DNA from: Azolla caroliniana | Lineage: Eukaryota; Plantae; Polypodiophyta | Direction of reading: 5' to 3' | DNA length: 64,000 nucleotides | Assembly (NCBI GenBank): GCA_043228905.1 | Contig: JBHGNT010000014.1 | Coordinates: 12,958,001 to 13,022,000 of the forward strand | Part shown: in pieces, positions 1 through 13,318 of the stretch | Layout of the letters: each line of letters starts with the position of its first letter | Position numbering within the stretch: position 1 is the stretch's first letter | Notes under the pieces: model-generated | What the model saw: the letters and a program-made list of their open reading frames with translations, nothing else | The model's database searches: none | What the model was told of the DNA's origin: nothing | Translations under genes and position numbers: made by a program

Positions 1-823
1 TTCTAGCACTCACTTTCTCTATGGCCCGTTTTGCCACAGTACCAGCATTCCGTGGCGCATTTGTCTTGCCGGCCTCTGGCTCCACCTTGACTCCCCCTAC
101 TTGTGGAAGTCCCAGAACTGCTGTCGGCACAGTCTCTGTGCCGTCGGTCTTGCCCTTGCCAGCCGCCTCCATTGCGTGCCGACCCGCCTCGTCCACCACG
201 CCCATGGGGCCGATCCGCCTCTGTGTACAACATCCGGCTGTCAATGGGTGCACTTGTTGACGCACCGGCGTGGTTCTCCTCTACAAGGAGCATCGACTGT
301 AATTCAAAAAATGATGGCGTATTCTCCCTCGTACATATAGCTGTCCGGAAAGCTCGAAACTTAGACACTAGGCCCCCAAGACAGACCTGTACCATCTCGT
401 CTTCCTCTACCATGACGTTGATAGAGGCAAGCGAGTCACAGATCTCTTTGATTCAGGCCGTGTAATCAGCCACCGACATGTCCTTCTGTCGGACATTGCT
501 CAACTCCTGTCGGAGTTGCAGCTTTCGGGCTCTAGTGCTTGCGGCGAACACCTTCTTCAGGTTTCCCCAAGCATGTTTCGGTGTCTTGGCATCTCGGACG
601 TGGCTCAACAGCTACTCTCCGACACTGGACGCAAAGCAGTACATCACTATACTTGCCGATGGTTCCCACACCGGGAAGTCCTTGTGTGCCGTATTAGGTG
701 CTGTGTTGTTAGCTCCGTCGACATAGCTCTAGTAACCATGCCCAAGTAGGTATTGGTGCACCTTGTATGACCAAGATGCGCAGTTAGATCTATCGAGCTT
801 CTCCACCAGAGGAGAGCTAGCCA
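1..823 (-). pseudogene. gag: copia gag, disrupted by stops/frameshifts
   Basis: Copia gag-like peptides and a CX2CX4HX4C knuckle lie downstream of the PBS. There is no continuous ORF. Confidence 0.75.
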
Positions 824-1343
824 TTCCTCTATCCATTGTTTTTTCTTTGTTCTTTACAAAGGTTAGGCTTTCTTCTTGCGAAGGCGAATGTCGGCTGTAG
901 AGGTTCTCAACCCTCGTGCTTTGATACCATGTAAAAACAAATAGCGTGCGGAAGCAATAGAAAACAAAAAACAGAGAGCAGGTTTAATGGAGAGCTTAAC
1001 AGTATGCGGGAGAGACAGAGAGAGCAGAACAAGAATCACTATTCAAAAATTATATCAACACTCTGTACATAGTATGTGTTCAATGAACACTTTTATACAA
1101 GTCCATACAGACTGACAAAAGTACGGTGTACTTCAATGCTCACTTAAGTGTCTGACACTAACTACGAGAGTATTAACTCCCTAGTAGTCTAGTTGCTACT
1201 AGGCTTCCGGTTACTGATGGATCTTGCTAACCGGCTCCCCAACTCACCGACTCTTTTGCTTATCGGGTGCTCACTGGTCCATCTCGCTCATTGGCTCTAT
1301 CTTATTCAGCCGATCCGGCACCAATTGAGCTTGCCGCTCAACA
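1..1343 (-). mobile_element. Ty1/copia element, 5' part (5' LTR, PBS, degenerate gag); continues beyond the left window edge
   Basis: The LTR spans 930-1343 with TG...CA termini. The adjacent PBS at 918-929 reads TGGTATCAAAGC on the minus strand (tRNA-iMet type). The ORF at 3-413 has the gag zinc knuckle CWYCGKTGHRESEC. Confidence 0.85.
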
Positions 1344-1927
1344 CAAATGATTGAAATGGGCTCGAGCTATTATATGCAACTACTGAATGTATGCAAAGAG
1401 GAATAGATTGATCATGATGCTTTTAGAAATATAATAAATAGGATACCAAAGAGAGTTACTGCTAAGATGATGGACCAACTAAATACCCCTATATGTATGC
1501 AGGAATTGTGGGATGCAATTGCAGATATGAACAAACAAAGTTGTGCAGGTATTGATGGACTCCCTATATACTTTTACATCAAACGTTGGCATTTAATTAA
1601 GGATGACATGTTGGTAGGGATGCAATACATTATGGTAGAAGGTGTAATGCCTACAACAATGTGTAGAGGAATGATTTATTTAGTACACAAGGATGGAAAA
1701 GATCTGACATTACTCGATAATTGGCGAGCATTGATGATTCTCACCAATGCCTATAAGATCATGGCTAAAGTTCTAAGTAGTTGATTGAAAACAGTACTAG
1801 GGGACATTATACATACAATGCAAATTGACTTCCTAGAAAATTGGAGCATTGTTGACAATGTGACAACTTTTTGGGAGTATTCAACATGGGCAGGGGAGCA
1901 AGAAGTTAACCTGGTAGTAATGCAACT
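1344..1927 (+). mobile_element. LINE (L1-like) ORF2 reverse-transcriptase fragment
   Basis: The ORF at 1467-1784 (ELWDAIADMNKQSCAGIDGLPIYFY...W...IYLVHKDGKD...NWRALMILTNAYKIMAKVL) matches the N-terminal motifs of non-LTR RT (K.PG.DG, NWRPISL...YK..AK). It is truncated at both ends. Confidence 0.8.
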
Positions 1928-2195
1928 ATAAAAAGATTCATGTGCGGAAAAGTGAGCGAAAGACACCAAGTACATAGTCAATTATTCGGAAACTCAACAG
2001 TTAGGTAAACACATAGAATATGAGAGAGAGAGAGAGAGACTGAGCGAGCAGATAACAAAACTCATATTCAACAATAATCAATATTTTGAACATACACCTT
2101 GCTCAGTGAGCAGTTTTTATACAAGCCCTGGCAAGTGGGCTGACACAAGTACCATCAATACTTGAATGCTCTTAAATGAGCCTGACACTAATTCT
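1928..2195 (-). mobile_element. Truncated copia LTR related to the LTR at 930-1343
   Basis: It shares blocks with 940-1160: GTGCGGAA, a (GA)n tract, and TTTTATACAAG...CTGACA...AATGCTC...CTGACACTAA. Confidence 0.6.
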
Positions 2196-2235
2196 ACCTA
2201 TAATATTCTGTTGGGATTTGATCCTTATGATTCTG

Positions 2236-2665
2236 CTTAGCCGTGAGTTTGCAATTGGTCGACAACACAAAGCCGACTCGCTTTGCTTCTGACATGTTGA
2301 ACCTCTCTAGGATCTTCATCACATACTTCTCTTGTGACAACCATATCACTTTCTTAGTTTTGTCCCAAACTATATGCATCACTAAAATCTGTTTAGCCGG
2401 TCCAAGATCTTTCATGGCAAACAACTTGCGTAATGCTTTCTTCAAGCTCACGATCTTCTTCGTGTCTTGTCCAATTATCAACATGTCATCAACATACAAT
2501 AAGGGAATTAACAAGTCACCTTCATCACCTGTTTACAAACACACAATGATCTCCCTGTGTTTTGTGGAACCCGTGTTCTAGCATGAAGGATTCGAATTGT
2601 TGAGAAATTGTTCGGTCTAATCACAATAAACGAATTGTGCTGAAATATGAATCACAGATATGCCA
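2236..2665. repeat. 430-bp near-identical copy of 4045-4474 (copia RT fragment plus LTR terminus)
   Basis: The two copies are colinear at a constant offset of 1809, and both contain the junction GGATTCGAAT|TGTTGAGAAAT (2598 and 4407). Confidence 0.9.
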
Positions 2666-4406
2666 CAATAACGCGGAAACAGAAAAACAACAAATGCATA
2701 GAATGCATAGTTTTACGTGGAAACCCTAAACGGGGAACACCATGAGAATAAAGATCCATTATACAATAGAGAATACAAAGGAGACAATATACAATACTCT
2801 TCTAAATAGATTGTATCAACCACATAGGGCTCTTGGCATCTAGACATAGCTATGGCGCCAATCACACTCTCTCTCACCCTTTACACAACATGTCACTATG
2901 GTTTGCACTTTCTATTCAACATTACATTCTACGTTTGCCTTAAGTGTATTTATACTTATACACAGTATGGGATATTTACAAATGTAATCACTACTACCAT
3001 CATTCCTATTATCATACTAAATAACAATAATAGTTAATCCTCCGACTGATCGACTAGTCGATTTGACTAACTAACTCCAGTGTCGACTATCCAGCCGGCC
3101 CGACTAGTCGGCCTTGTCGTCAACCATCCAGTTGGCCCGACTAATCAGTCGTTTCTTCGACTTGGATCACATCTGCAACATTGTCGACTAATCATGTCGA
3201 CTCTTTCTAGGTCGACTCACTTAGTCGACTCTCCATGACATCGACTATCGACACTCAGCTCGACCAGTTGGCTATACCATGTCTTCGATTGTTGGCTCTC
3301 GGTCCCACCAGTCGGCTCCTCCCATAGGAGGGGCATATTCCTAACAAACTCCCCCTTCACTCCTACGGGTAGAGTCGGTTAGCCTTGTCCCTGTCGCCAG
3401 AGTCTAAGTCTGGTCATTGGTAGGTTCTTTGTCATCATGTCGGATCCATTGTTGTCAGTATGGATCTTCATGAGGGTAAACTCTCCTTCCTCTAGTTTCT
3501 CTCGCAACCAGTGATACCTTGCTTGGTTCGGGTGTAGTACGCAACATTCTTGGCTAGAGGCATGGCACTCTGGCTATCACAATGAAGCAAGAAATCCCTT
3601 TGCTTCATTCCCAACTCACTAAGAAAATTTCTCATCCAAATAAGCTCTTTTCCAGCCTCTATCGCTGCCATATACTCTGCCTATGTGTTTGACAAGGCCA
3701 CTGACTTTTGCAGTCGTGATTGCCACGATACTGCTCCCCTTGCATAGGTCATCACGTACCCTGATGTGGTTTGGTTGGAGTCTACATCCCCTGACATGTC
3801 GGAGTTGGTAAAACCTTCGAGCATAGGTTCTCTGACATCGTACCTTAGGCATACCCTTGAGGTGCCTTTCAAGTACCTGAGTATCCACTTTACTATTGCC
3901 CAGTGTTCTCTACTTGGATTACTCATGTATTAGCGTATTGCTCCCACATTAAATGTTATGTCTGGTCTCGTATAGACCATAACATACATTAGATTGCCGA
4001 CGGCCAAGGCATATAGTACTTTTTTTCTCCCCTCTTGGGCATTCCTTAGCTGTGAGTTTGCAATTGGTTGACAACACAAACCCGACTCACTTTGCTTCTG
4101 ACATGTTGAACCTCTCTAGGATCTTCATCACATACTTCTCTTGTGACAACCATATCACTTTCTTAGTTTTGTCCCAAACTATATGCATCACTAAAATCTG
4201 TTTAGCCGGTCCAAGATCTTTCATGGCAAACAATTTGCGTAATGCTTTCTTCAAGCTCACGATCTTCTTCGTGTCTTGTCCAATTATCCACATGTCATCA
4301 ACATATAATAAGGGAATTAACAAGTCACCTTCATCACCTGTTTACAAACACACAATGATCTCCCTGTGTTTTGTGGAACCCGTGTTCTAGCATGAAGGAT
4401 TCGAAT
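2598..4406 (-). mobile_element. Copia element A: 3' LTR (2598-3346), PPT and degenerate RT/RNase H; interrupted at 4406 by element B
   Basis: The PPT GTGAAGGGGGAGTT (minus strand) abuts the LTR at about 3347-3360. RT/RNase H peptides include LLYVDDM, HWAIVKWILRYLKG and AVSWQSRLQKSVALS. Confidence 0.8.
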
Positions 4407-7400
4407 TGTTGAGAAATCGTTCGGTCGAATCACAATAAATGAATTGTGCTGAAATACGAATCACAGATATGCCAGAAAACAGGACAACAATGGTGCATAG
4501 AGATTTTACGTGGAAACCCTAAAACAAGAGAAAACCATGGGAACAGAGCTTCACTATGTATAGTGGATATACAACACTCCTTTGAGTGTATCAACCACGC
4601 AGGGCTCTTGGCGTCTACTGTTACGCACACAGTTATGACGTCGCTCTCTCACTGTCTTTCTGCTCACACCTCACACTCTTCCTCTAGTGCTACCTCACTC
4701 TGTCTCCTCTATTCTCTAACTCTCACGTTTTGCCCTAAGTGTATTTATACTTATACACTGTATGGGCTATTTACAAATGTAGCCTCTACTACATATCATT
4801 ATTATTATTGCTATAATAATAATAATAGTCAAACTATCAAACAGTCGACTCCCTGTTTTCGACTCTTCGACTGTCGGCTTTCTGAGCAGTCAGATCTTCC
4901 CTGTCTTCAATTGTCGGCACTCCTTGGTTCGATCAGTCGGCTCCTCATAGTCATCGACTGTGAGGAACTTTTGGACAATCGGTTCTTCCTCCCACTGGAG
5001 GGACATATTCCCGACAAACTCCCCCTTCACTCCTGTGGGAGGAAGTCAGTTAGTCTTGTCTTCTGTCGACAGACTTTGAGTTTGTCCATAGGTAGGTTCT
5101 TCGTTAGCATGTCGGATCCATTGTCGTCAATATGGATCTTCACCAAGGAAAACTCTCCTTCTTAGACTCTCTCCTCCAACCAGTGATACCTTCTCTGTAT
5201 ATGCTTGGTCTGGGAATGGTATGTAGCATTCTTGGCAAGATTTATGGCACTCTGGCTATCACAGTGAAGCAAGAGCTCCTTTTGCTTCATCGCTAGTTCG
5301 GTCAGAAAACTTCTCATCCAGATCATCTCTTTGCCAGCCTCTACCACTGCCATATACTCTGCCTCTGTAGTCGACAAAGCTACAGACTTCTACAGTCGTG
5401 ACTCCCACAACATTGCTCCCCCTGCATAGGTCATCACGTACCCTGACGTGGATCGGCTCGAGTCGATATCTCCCGACATGTCCGAGTCGGTAAAACTTTC
5501 CAGCACAGGTTTTCCGACACCATACCCTAGGCACACCTCTAAGGTGCCTTTTAAGTACCTAGGTATCCACTTCATCGTTGCCCAGTGTTCTCTTCCTGGA
5601 TTACTCATATATTGGCTTACTACTCCTACAACAAATGCTATGTTAGGTTTCGTATAGACCATAGCATACATTAGACTGCCGACGGCCGAGGCATACGGTA
5701 CCTTTCTCATTTCGGCCTTCTCCTTCTCCCCTCCCGAGCACTGCTTTGCATTTAACCTGCAATTTGTCGGCAACACTGAGCTGACCGGCTTTGTGTTTGA
5801 CATGTTAAATCTCTCTAGGATCTTTGTCACATACTTCTGTTGTGACAACCATAGCACCTTTTGAGTTCTGTCTCAAACTATGTGCATTCCCAAGATCTGT
5901 TTACCCGGTCCAAGGTCTTTCATGGAAAATGATTTGCCGAGAGCTTTCTTCAAGCTTCCAATCTTGCTTGTATCTTGACCGACTATCAACATGTCATCAA
6001 CATATAGCAAGAGAATCAAGAGGTCTCCTTCTTCGTACCTTTTGACGAACACACAATGATTGGCCTGTGTTTTCTAGAATCGGTGTTCCATCATGAAGGA
6101 CTCGAACTTCTTGTACCATTGGCGTGGAGCTTGTTTCAGACCGTACCAGCTTTTCTTGAGTCTCCACACCAGATTCTCTTTCCCTTCCTCCTTAAAGCCT
6201 TCGGGTTGCTCCATATAGATTTCTTCTTCTAGCTCCTGTGCAGAAATGCGGTTTTGACATCCAACTGTTCGATCTCCAGATCCATCCTGGCCGCTATGCT
6301 TAGAACAGTTCCATTGGATGTCATCTTAACAATTGGTGCAAATATTTCGTCAAAGTCGACGCCCTTCGTTTCTTGGAAACCAGTATACAAGCTTTATACC
6401 TAGGCTCACTGTCAGCTTCTCGAGTCTTCACCTTGTACACCCACTTATTCCTGAGTGCTCTCTTACCTTTCGGCAACTCTACTAGGTCGTAGGTGAAGTT
6501 CTCGTGCAAGGATTCCATCTCATCTTGCATCGCGCTCAGCCATTTTTCTCTATGCTCATCGGCAATGGATTCTTCGTAGCACTCCTGTTCACCTTCATCA
6601 GTAAAGAGGATGTGTTGACTGGCATATGTAGTCGGTGATTTCCTCTCCCTGAGTGGGTATCTTCTTCCACTCTTTGTTGGCTCTCTTTCAGATGTCTCTG
6701 CCAACTCTTCTCTCTGCTTGGGATTCTGCTCATCAATCGACCTCTCCTGGTTGGACAACTCCAACTCCAACTCATATTCTTCAATTGACCTTTGCAGCTC
6801 TGCCGACTCTGACTTGTAGTCAGTCGGTCTCTCGGAGTTGATCGACTCAGATTCGGCTCTGTCGGCCTGCTGTCTCCTTACAGTTGTTGGTGACGACTCA
6901 CTTGGCCTTAAGTAGATGGTGGTCAAGGTAGACTCGGGAGTCGATTCTGACTTTTGTTGCTTCTAGTCTTCAATAGTCTTATCTTCTAGAAAGACTACAT
7001 CCTGACTTCTCACTACCTTCTTGTCGACTAGGTCCCATAGCCTGTAGCCGAACTCATCTTCAGAGTATCCCATGAATATGCATGCTTTCAACTTACTATC
7101 GAGCTTTGACCTCTGATCTTTTGATACATGCATGTACGCCAGACATCCGAACACCCTCAGATGTTGGTAGGAGACATCCTTCCCCGTCCACACCCTCTGT
7201 GGGACATCACCCTTCAATGCTACTGAGGGAGACCTGTTGATCAGATAAATAGCTGTGTACATCGCCTCAGCCCAATAGGATTTCGGCAATTTCGCATGAG
7301 AGAGCATGCTCCTTACCCTCTCCATGATTGTTCGATTCATCCTCTCTCCAACCCCGTTCAACTCTGGGGTCTTTGGCATTGTGTATTCGATCCAAATACC

Positions 7401-9551
7401 TTGGCTCTCGTAGTATTCCTCGAACTGCCCTTTGTACTCGCCACCGTTGTCGGTTGGGACAACCTTCAACTTCCGACCCGACTCTCTTTCGGCTCTTGCC
7501 TGGAATTACTTGAAAACTGATAGTACTTGATCCTTCGACTTCAGTACGAAGGCCCATGTCTTCCAACTATAGTCGTCAATGAACGTCACAAAGTATTGTC
7601 CACCTCGATGCGATGGAGCATCCACATATCACACATCCGTGTGTACCAATTCCAGTGGCACTTCTCTTCTCCTCGGTGGTCTTGTGTGGAATGCTGCTCT
7701 ATTCTGCTTTCTGACTAAGCAGTTGACGCACTTCTCTAGGTGCAGTCCCTTGACTTCTGGTAGAAGTTTCTGGTCGGCTAATAGGTGCATTCCCTTCTCA
7801 CTCATGTGGCCTAGCCTCTTATGCCATATCTCACCAGACGAGTCGGCTGCCACATTTACTTCTGATTTGCACAGTCGGGCATGCATCATATATAATGTGC
7901 CTTCTTTCTGTGCTCGGGCCACTATAAGATTTCCTCGATAGAACTTCCACTTGCCATTTCGAAAACTACCACTATAGCCTTCATCATCTAACCGTCCAGT
8001 CAATATCAAATTCAATTTGATATCGGGGACGTGTCGAATATCCTTCAGAGTCAGTCGACACCCTGTCGACATCATTAAGTAAACACTTCCGACTCCAGTT
8101 ACCCTGCACTCTCCACTGTCACCCATCTTTACATAGCCATGATCCCCGGCTATGTAAGTCGAGAAATACTCTCTTGACGGAGTTATGTGGAACGATGCCC
8201 CGGAATCAATCACCCACGTGCAATCTTCACTTGCAAGATCTGCACTTGTCTGTTCACAAATGAACAGGAGTTCTTCATTGCTCGTAGCAATGGCTGAAGT
8301 GTTCTTTACATCAGGAATATTCCTGGGTTCGACATTATTTCCGACACTCTTATCTTTATTTAAGTGTCAATAGTCCTTCTGGAAATGTCCAGGCTTTCCA
8401 CAATAAAAGCACACGGGCTTACCTCTGGACTTCAATCTGGCGTGGGATTTGTCTATTGGTTGCAGACTTCTTCTTCACCGGTCTCTTCCTCTGTCCATAT
8501 GTTGAGTCAGATTCGACTCCGATTAGGACAAGACTCCTTTGTCTTTCCTCCTTGCCTCCTCATTTAGGATGCTTGTCTTCACCATCTGTAAAGATAGGTT
8601 CTCTTCTTGACAGGAGGTGATGAGAGTAACCACCAGGTTCTCCCAACTGTCCGGCAGTGGGCACATCAATAGGATAGCATGCATTGCATCATCCAAGGGA
8701 AACTTGGTCACAACAAGTTGATTTACATACCCCATGAATGTGCTCATGTGTTCGACGATGCTCTCATCGTCTCTGTATTTCAGCCGTACAATTTTTCTCA
8801 TCAACGAAGTTTTATTGAGCGTGTTCTCCCTCTCATACAGACCCGACAACTTCTGCCACATCTCGTGAGCATTTGTGTCGTTCGCCACATGCTGAAGGAC
8901 ACTTACATCGACGCATTGTCAAATAGTGGCCACCGTCTTTCTATTCAGAAGCTTCCAGTCTGACTCCAATACCCCTCTGGGTATTTCTTCTCTGTCGATT
9001 GGCTCGTACAGGTCTTTAACTATGAGAAGGTCTTCCATCTTGATCTTCCAGTCTGCATAGTTCTGTGAGTTGAGAACTATCATACCTGGGAAACCGCTCA
9101 CACCTCCTTCCATGTTTGCACCTCAAGCTCTGATACACGTTTGTTGAGAAATCGCTCGGTCGAATCACAATAAACGAATTGTGCTGAAATACGAATCATA
9201 GATATGCCAGAAAACAGGACAACAATAGTGCACAGAGATTTAACGTGCAAACACTAAAACGGGATAAAACCATAGGATCAGAGCTTCACTATGTATAGTG
9301 GATATACAACACCGAATGTTACAACACTCCTTCGAGTGTATCAGCCACGCAGGGCTCTTGGCGTCTACTGTTACGCACACAGCTATGGCGCCGCTCTCTC
9401 ACTGTCTCTCTGCTCACACCTCACGCTCTTCCTCTAGCGCTACTTCACTCTGTTTCTTCTATTCTCTAACTCTCACGTTTTGCCCTAAGTGTATTTATAC
9501 TTATACACTGTATGGACTCTTTACAAATGTAGCCTCTACTACGTATCATTA
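4407..9551 (-). mobile_element. Copia element B, near full length but degenerate
   Basis: 3' LTR at 4407-5016 with the PPT next to it; 5' LTR at 9142 to about 9551, truncated in U3; degenerate Met-type PBS at about 9128-9140. Domain order is gag (MEGGVSGFPGMIVLNSQNYADW), protease (IDSGASFH), integrase (DNGGEY, PELNGVGER), RT, RNase H (STTEAEY), with many stops. Confidence 0.9.
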
Positions 9552-9996
9552 GTCGTGAAATCCCTCATTTCGTCAAAGTCGACACCCTTTTCTATTGAAA
9601 CCTCTTCACCACAATGAGGGATTTATATTTGTGTGTGTTGTCGACTTCTCTAGACTTCACCTTGTAGACCCATTTATTCCTGAGTGCTTTCTTACCTTTC
9701 GGTAACTCTACTAGGTCATAGGTATAATTTTCATGCAAGGAGTCCATCTCATCTTGCATTGCGCTCAACCATTTCTCTTTGTGCTCATCGGCAATGGCTT
9801 CCTAATAGCACACAAGCTCACCTTCATCAGTCAAGAGGATGGATTGACTTGCATATGTAGTTAGTGCTCTTCTTTCTCTGAGTGGGTATCTTCTTCCACC
9901 CATTGGTGGCTCCAATCTGGATGTCTCTGCCGACTCTCGTCTTGGCTTGGGTTCATATGTGCTAATCGATCGTTGAGGGTTGGTCGATTCCAACGT
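9552..9996 (-). mobile_element. Copia integrase-RT linker fragment, probably the continuation of element A after a deletion
   Basis: It encodes GRRYPLRERRA...ILLTDEGE and the RT-upstream region homologous to 6350-6700. Confidence 0.65.
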
Positions 9997-10592
9997 TGTC
10001 GTGCCTTTCGGCACCATATTGTTGCGTGAGTCAGGTGGGAACAAGAAAGAAAGATAGGAAACTCGTGAATCCCACGAGTATAGTGTATTAATCGATACTT
10101 ATGAAAGAATATGAATTTAGATTGAAAGAGAGAAATAGATAGAAAATTCATGAATCCCACAAATATATTAATCGACCCTTACGAAAAAAATCAACAACCA
10201 TTACAATTTGCTCCCCCCCACCCTTATATAGCGATGGGAGAGACTAAGTAATCTTCCTACATGCAAGCATGATGCTTTTTCTCTAACTCGAGTGTTCATG
10301 CACACTAGATGTGTTAGCGTTTTCTATCATACTTTTTCTTTTTTACTCGAGTGTTTATGCATGAGCAACTTTTCTTTCATGATGAACTTTTGTATAGCTA
10401 GAATTGATAACTTTAATACTTATAATATACTAGTACATTAGTAAGGCTTCAAATTGTTAACATGGAAGTACAAGGTTCGAATCTTGCCCTATGAATGTAA
10501 TACATATTTTTATATTTTCTTCTATTTCTTCATATTTATTGAATCAGGTACTTTATACGTTTTTCACGTAGTGGACAAAATACACTATGACA
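9997..10592 (-). mobile_element. Solo LTR (family S) with a tRNA-like cassette
   Basis: Termini are TGTCGTG...CTATGACA and it is homologous end to end to 53588-54442. A TATA-like CTATATAAGG on the minus strand at about 10222-10231 suggests the orientation. No clean TSD. Confidence 0.7.
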
Positions 10593-11185
10593 CTTGCCCC
10601 ATTTGAACCCGCACATCCTCTGGTATGTGTCGAAATTGCTGGTGCTCATAATTCTCCTTTACCCGTAGTACCCTCCGTTTCTCTCGTTATGTCGACTTTG
10701 TCTCTCCATTTTGAGCACGCCCATTCCTTCCACCTGAACCATTGTCACCATCCGATCCACCATATTCTTCGTTCACTCTCATCATATAATCTTGTGTTAG
10801 AGTTAACAATCCTCACATTAGAGTTCTCCTTCTTTGTCGAGATCTCATCCTCGGTAACACCCTTCAAATCCGCTTGGCCTTTGTCATCCATGTAGTGCAT
10901 TTGTGTGGCCTCTTCCTTGTGTTCATCGGCCTCGACTGCTTCGATCTCCGGTTGAGTCAGATTAGCTTCTTTCCGGATTGGTCTCGTCCGATCGGCTTCC
11001 GGTTGGGTCGGCTTCCATCCGGATTTGCATTCGGCCGAATTGAACTAGGTCGATCAGTTTTGACTGAGTCGGTTCCCTTTTGGGTCAGGTTCCTTTCGGA
11101 TCGGAATTCCGTTCCGATCATCTTCCATCCAAACCAGGTTCTGACTTTACCTTCCTTGCCGCCACCTCCCATCTCTCCAGTGTCA
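10593..11185 (-). mobile_element. Diverged copia integrase C-terminal/linker fragment
   Basis: An acidic, Ser-rich linker resembling the region after the integrase core in other copia copies here. Heavily decayed. Confidence 0.4.
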
Positions 11186-11880
11186 CGTTTGTTCTCGTTT
11201 CATTATGCTGCTTCAAAGTATAATTCTCTGAGAAATCGACTACTAAGACTACTACATCATTTGGAAAATCAGATATGCAACTCTTAAACTTATGGGATTG
11301 CCATGAATAAAGGAAGTTGTGTTTAATGAACTTTCCTAGAGATATTACAAATAGAGACGCCAAATCCCTTGGTGTAAGCGACTTCCTAACTAGATTCTCT
11401 CTTTTACACACCTTTCCTTCGAAATTGGTGTCAACTGACTTAAATAACTTGACAAAGATTAATTTTTCACTACTCAATTCATTTGGACACCACCTAAATC
11501 TACTAGGGCTATAATGTTGACATAAACCCATGACACATTTATGACTGTGGAAGATAGCCTCAATTTCTCTCGAGCACAATACTGAATCGAAAAGACAACT
11601 CATGAAAGAGATAATATGCTTAGGTGATTTACAATGCTCTTGCGAGCTCAATCGAGAAATTGGCCAGTCACAAGTGCAAACTACATTAGTTAGGGAGGCG
11701 CTACGGTGACGTAGTAGATTAACAGAGTCCTTGAGAAAACCCATTTGTACATGGCAAATGCAACAACATGTGTATAGATCCTTCAAGCGTCTCACAACGT
11801 GTGGCTTAAGAGACTCGAATGTTCATAGTTGAACTTTGATATTTGGATGCATTCGCCTGAACATAATAAATAAATCGACC
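11186..11880 (-). pseudogene. DNA-transposase-like remnant with a VVDFSENY motif (Sola2-like, tentative)
   Basis: The ORF at 11118-11795 has a Cys-rich segment followed by HNFLYSWQ...VVVLVVDFSENYTLKQHNE, then is cut off by copia sequence. The superfamily call rests on recalled motifs. Confidence 0.5.
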
Positions 11881-11899
11881 TGCGTAATAAACTGGACAT

Positions 11900-12078
11900 A
11901 CTGATTAGCTGATTAGCTATGCTCCAAACCTGTTATACCAGCTAATAATCTAATCTGGTAGCTAATTAGCTATCCTAGTAGCTCATTAGCTAGTAATAAC
12001 TAAATTAGTTATTGGGAATAGATAGTTAGCTAATCTGGTAGCTAAATAGCTATGATTGGTAGCTAATTAGGTATTCTA
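11900..12078. repeat. TAGCTAATTAGCTA-based degenerate tandem array, block 1
   Basis: Repeated palindromic TAGCTA(A/T)nTAGCTA words. Confidence 0.85.
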
Positions 12079-13037
12079 GTCTCTTCATCACCTATTATGG
12101 TCATGTATGGCGGCTAAATTGGTTTGGAAAAGGATATTACGTTTATTGCATGATGTATATGGCTCTAGAGTATATAAATGGGGAACAGTGATGTGGGATG
12201 CTATTAAGGGTAATGTACAAGATTATGAACAAGAAAAGGTTACCTATGCATTACATACAAGAGGTCGATATGTTGAGGAAGTGTTGTCGTGTATGCATAG
12301 TAATTCAATACAAAATGGGGTGGTTTGGGAGACTATTAGTTCCATAACGTTGTGGGTTTTGTGGACTAGTAGATGTCGAAGGATATTTTAGCAAATTCAA
12401 TGGAATGTTGTGGAGGTAATCAAGGAGGTTTGGTTGACCTTGGTGCATACACCAAAAGGAGAGTATGACGTTATCAAGGGTGATTAAGATGTAGTCCTTC
12501 GAAAGAAAGAGGTTTTTAAGAAGACATGGGAAAGGGTGAATGTATTTTACATGGTTAATTCTTGTATACGTTGGAGGTATTAGCCACCTCTCTAGGTATT
12601 TCCTCCACCGATATGAAACATGGGGATATATTAACTATTATTGAAACATGGATGGATTCATTGAAATAGGTGGAGAGGGATGCTCTTATGTATGGAGAGG
12701 GATGCTCTTATGTATGGAGAGGGATGCTCTTATCTACGTTGAATATGGAAAATAGAGGATGCTTGGTCATAATTTGTAAATGTGAAGGTGGTATTGGGAG
12801 ATGTTGAATATAAACATGATGAGGAAGATTGATTTGGTTTGAACATATGGCAAATTCATGGTATGTTTCAACTATTGAAGAAGTGTTCAATCAAGTCTAT
12901 CAAAAGAAGGATTCATGGCTAGCCAGTGTCTTACACAAGACGGGTTTGGGAAGGATAATCATCTCCTTTCCATCATTTTGTATTTTGTAGCTGATATGGT
13001 TTTTTAAGCTAATGGAAGGATATTTTTTTTTTTAAAA
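12079..13037 (+). mobile_element. 5'-truncated LINE 3' end (ORF2 C-terminus, 3' UTR, T/A tail) inserted in the TAGCTA array
   Basis: Peptides C..AKLVWK and WVLWTSRCRRIF are typical of plant L1 ORF2 C-termini. It ends in a T-run then AAAAA at 13023-13037. A roughly 22-bp unit GGAGAGGGATGCTCTTATGTAT is repeated three times at about 12672-12733. Confidence 0.65.
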
Positions 13038-13318
13038 ATAGCTATCTTGGCAGCTAAATAGCTCGTAATAGCTAAATTAGTTGGTTATATAACTAATTAG
13101 CTATTGGGAATAGTTAGTTAGCTATTCTAGTAGCTAATTAGCTATAATCAAAGGCAGCTAATTAGCTATTTTAGTTGCTAAATAGCTATGATTGGTAGCT
13201 AATTAGCTATCCTAGCAACGAATTAGCTGGTAATAGCTAAATTAAATATTGCGAATAGCTAGTTAGCTAATCTGGTAGCTAAATAGCTACCTATGATTAT
13301 AGCTATTTAGCTATTCTG
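13038..13318. repeat. TAGCTA array, block 2
   Basis: Same repeat words as block 1; ends exactly at the G1 LTR. Confidence 0.85.

Noticed and set aside
4446-5165. 239-aa plus-strand ORF and other antisense ORFs over TEs
   Set aside because: It overlies an LTR and the antisense strand of RNase H, has no recognisable motif, and is not kept open in the sister LTR.
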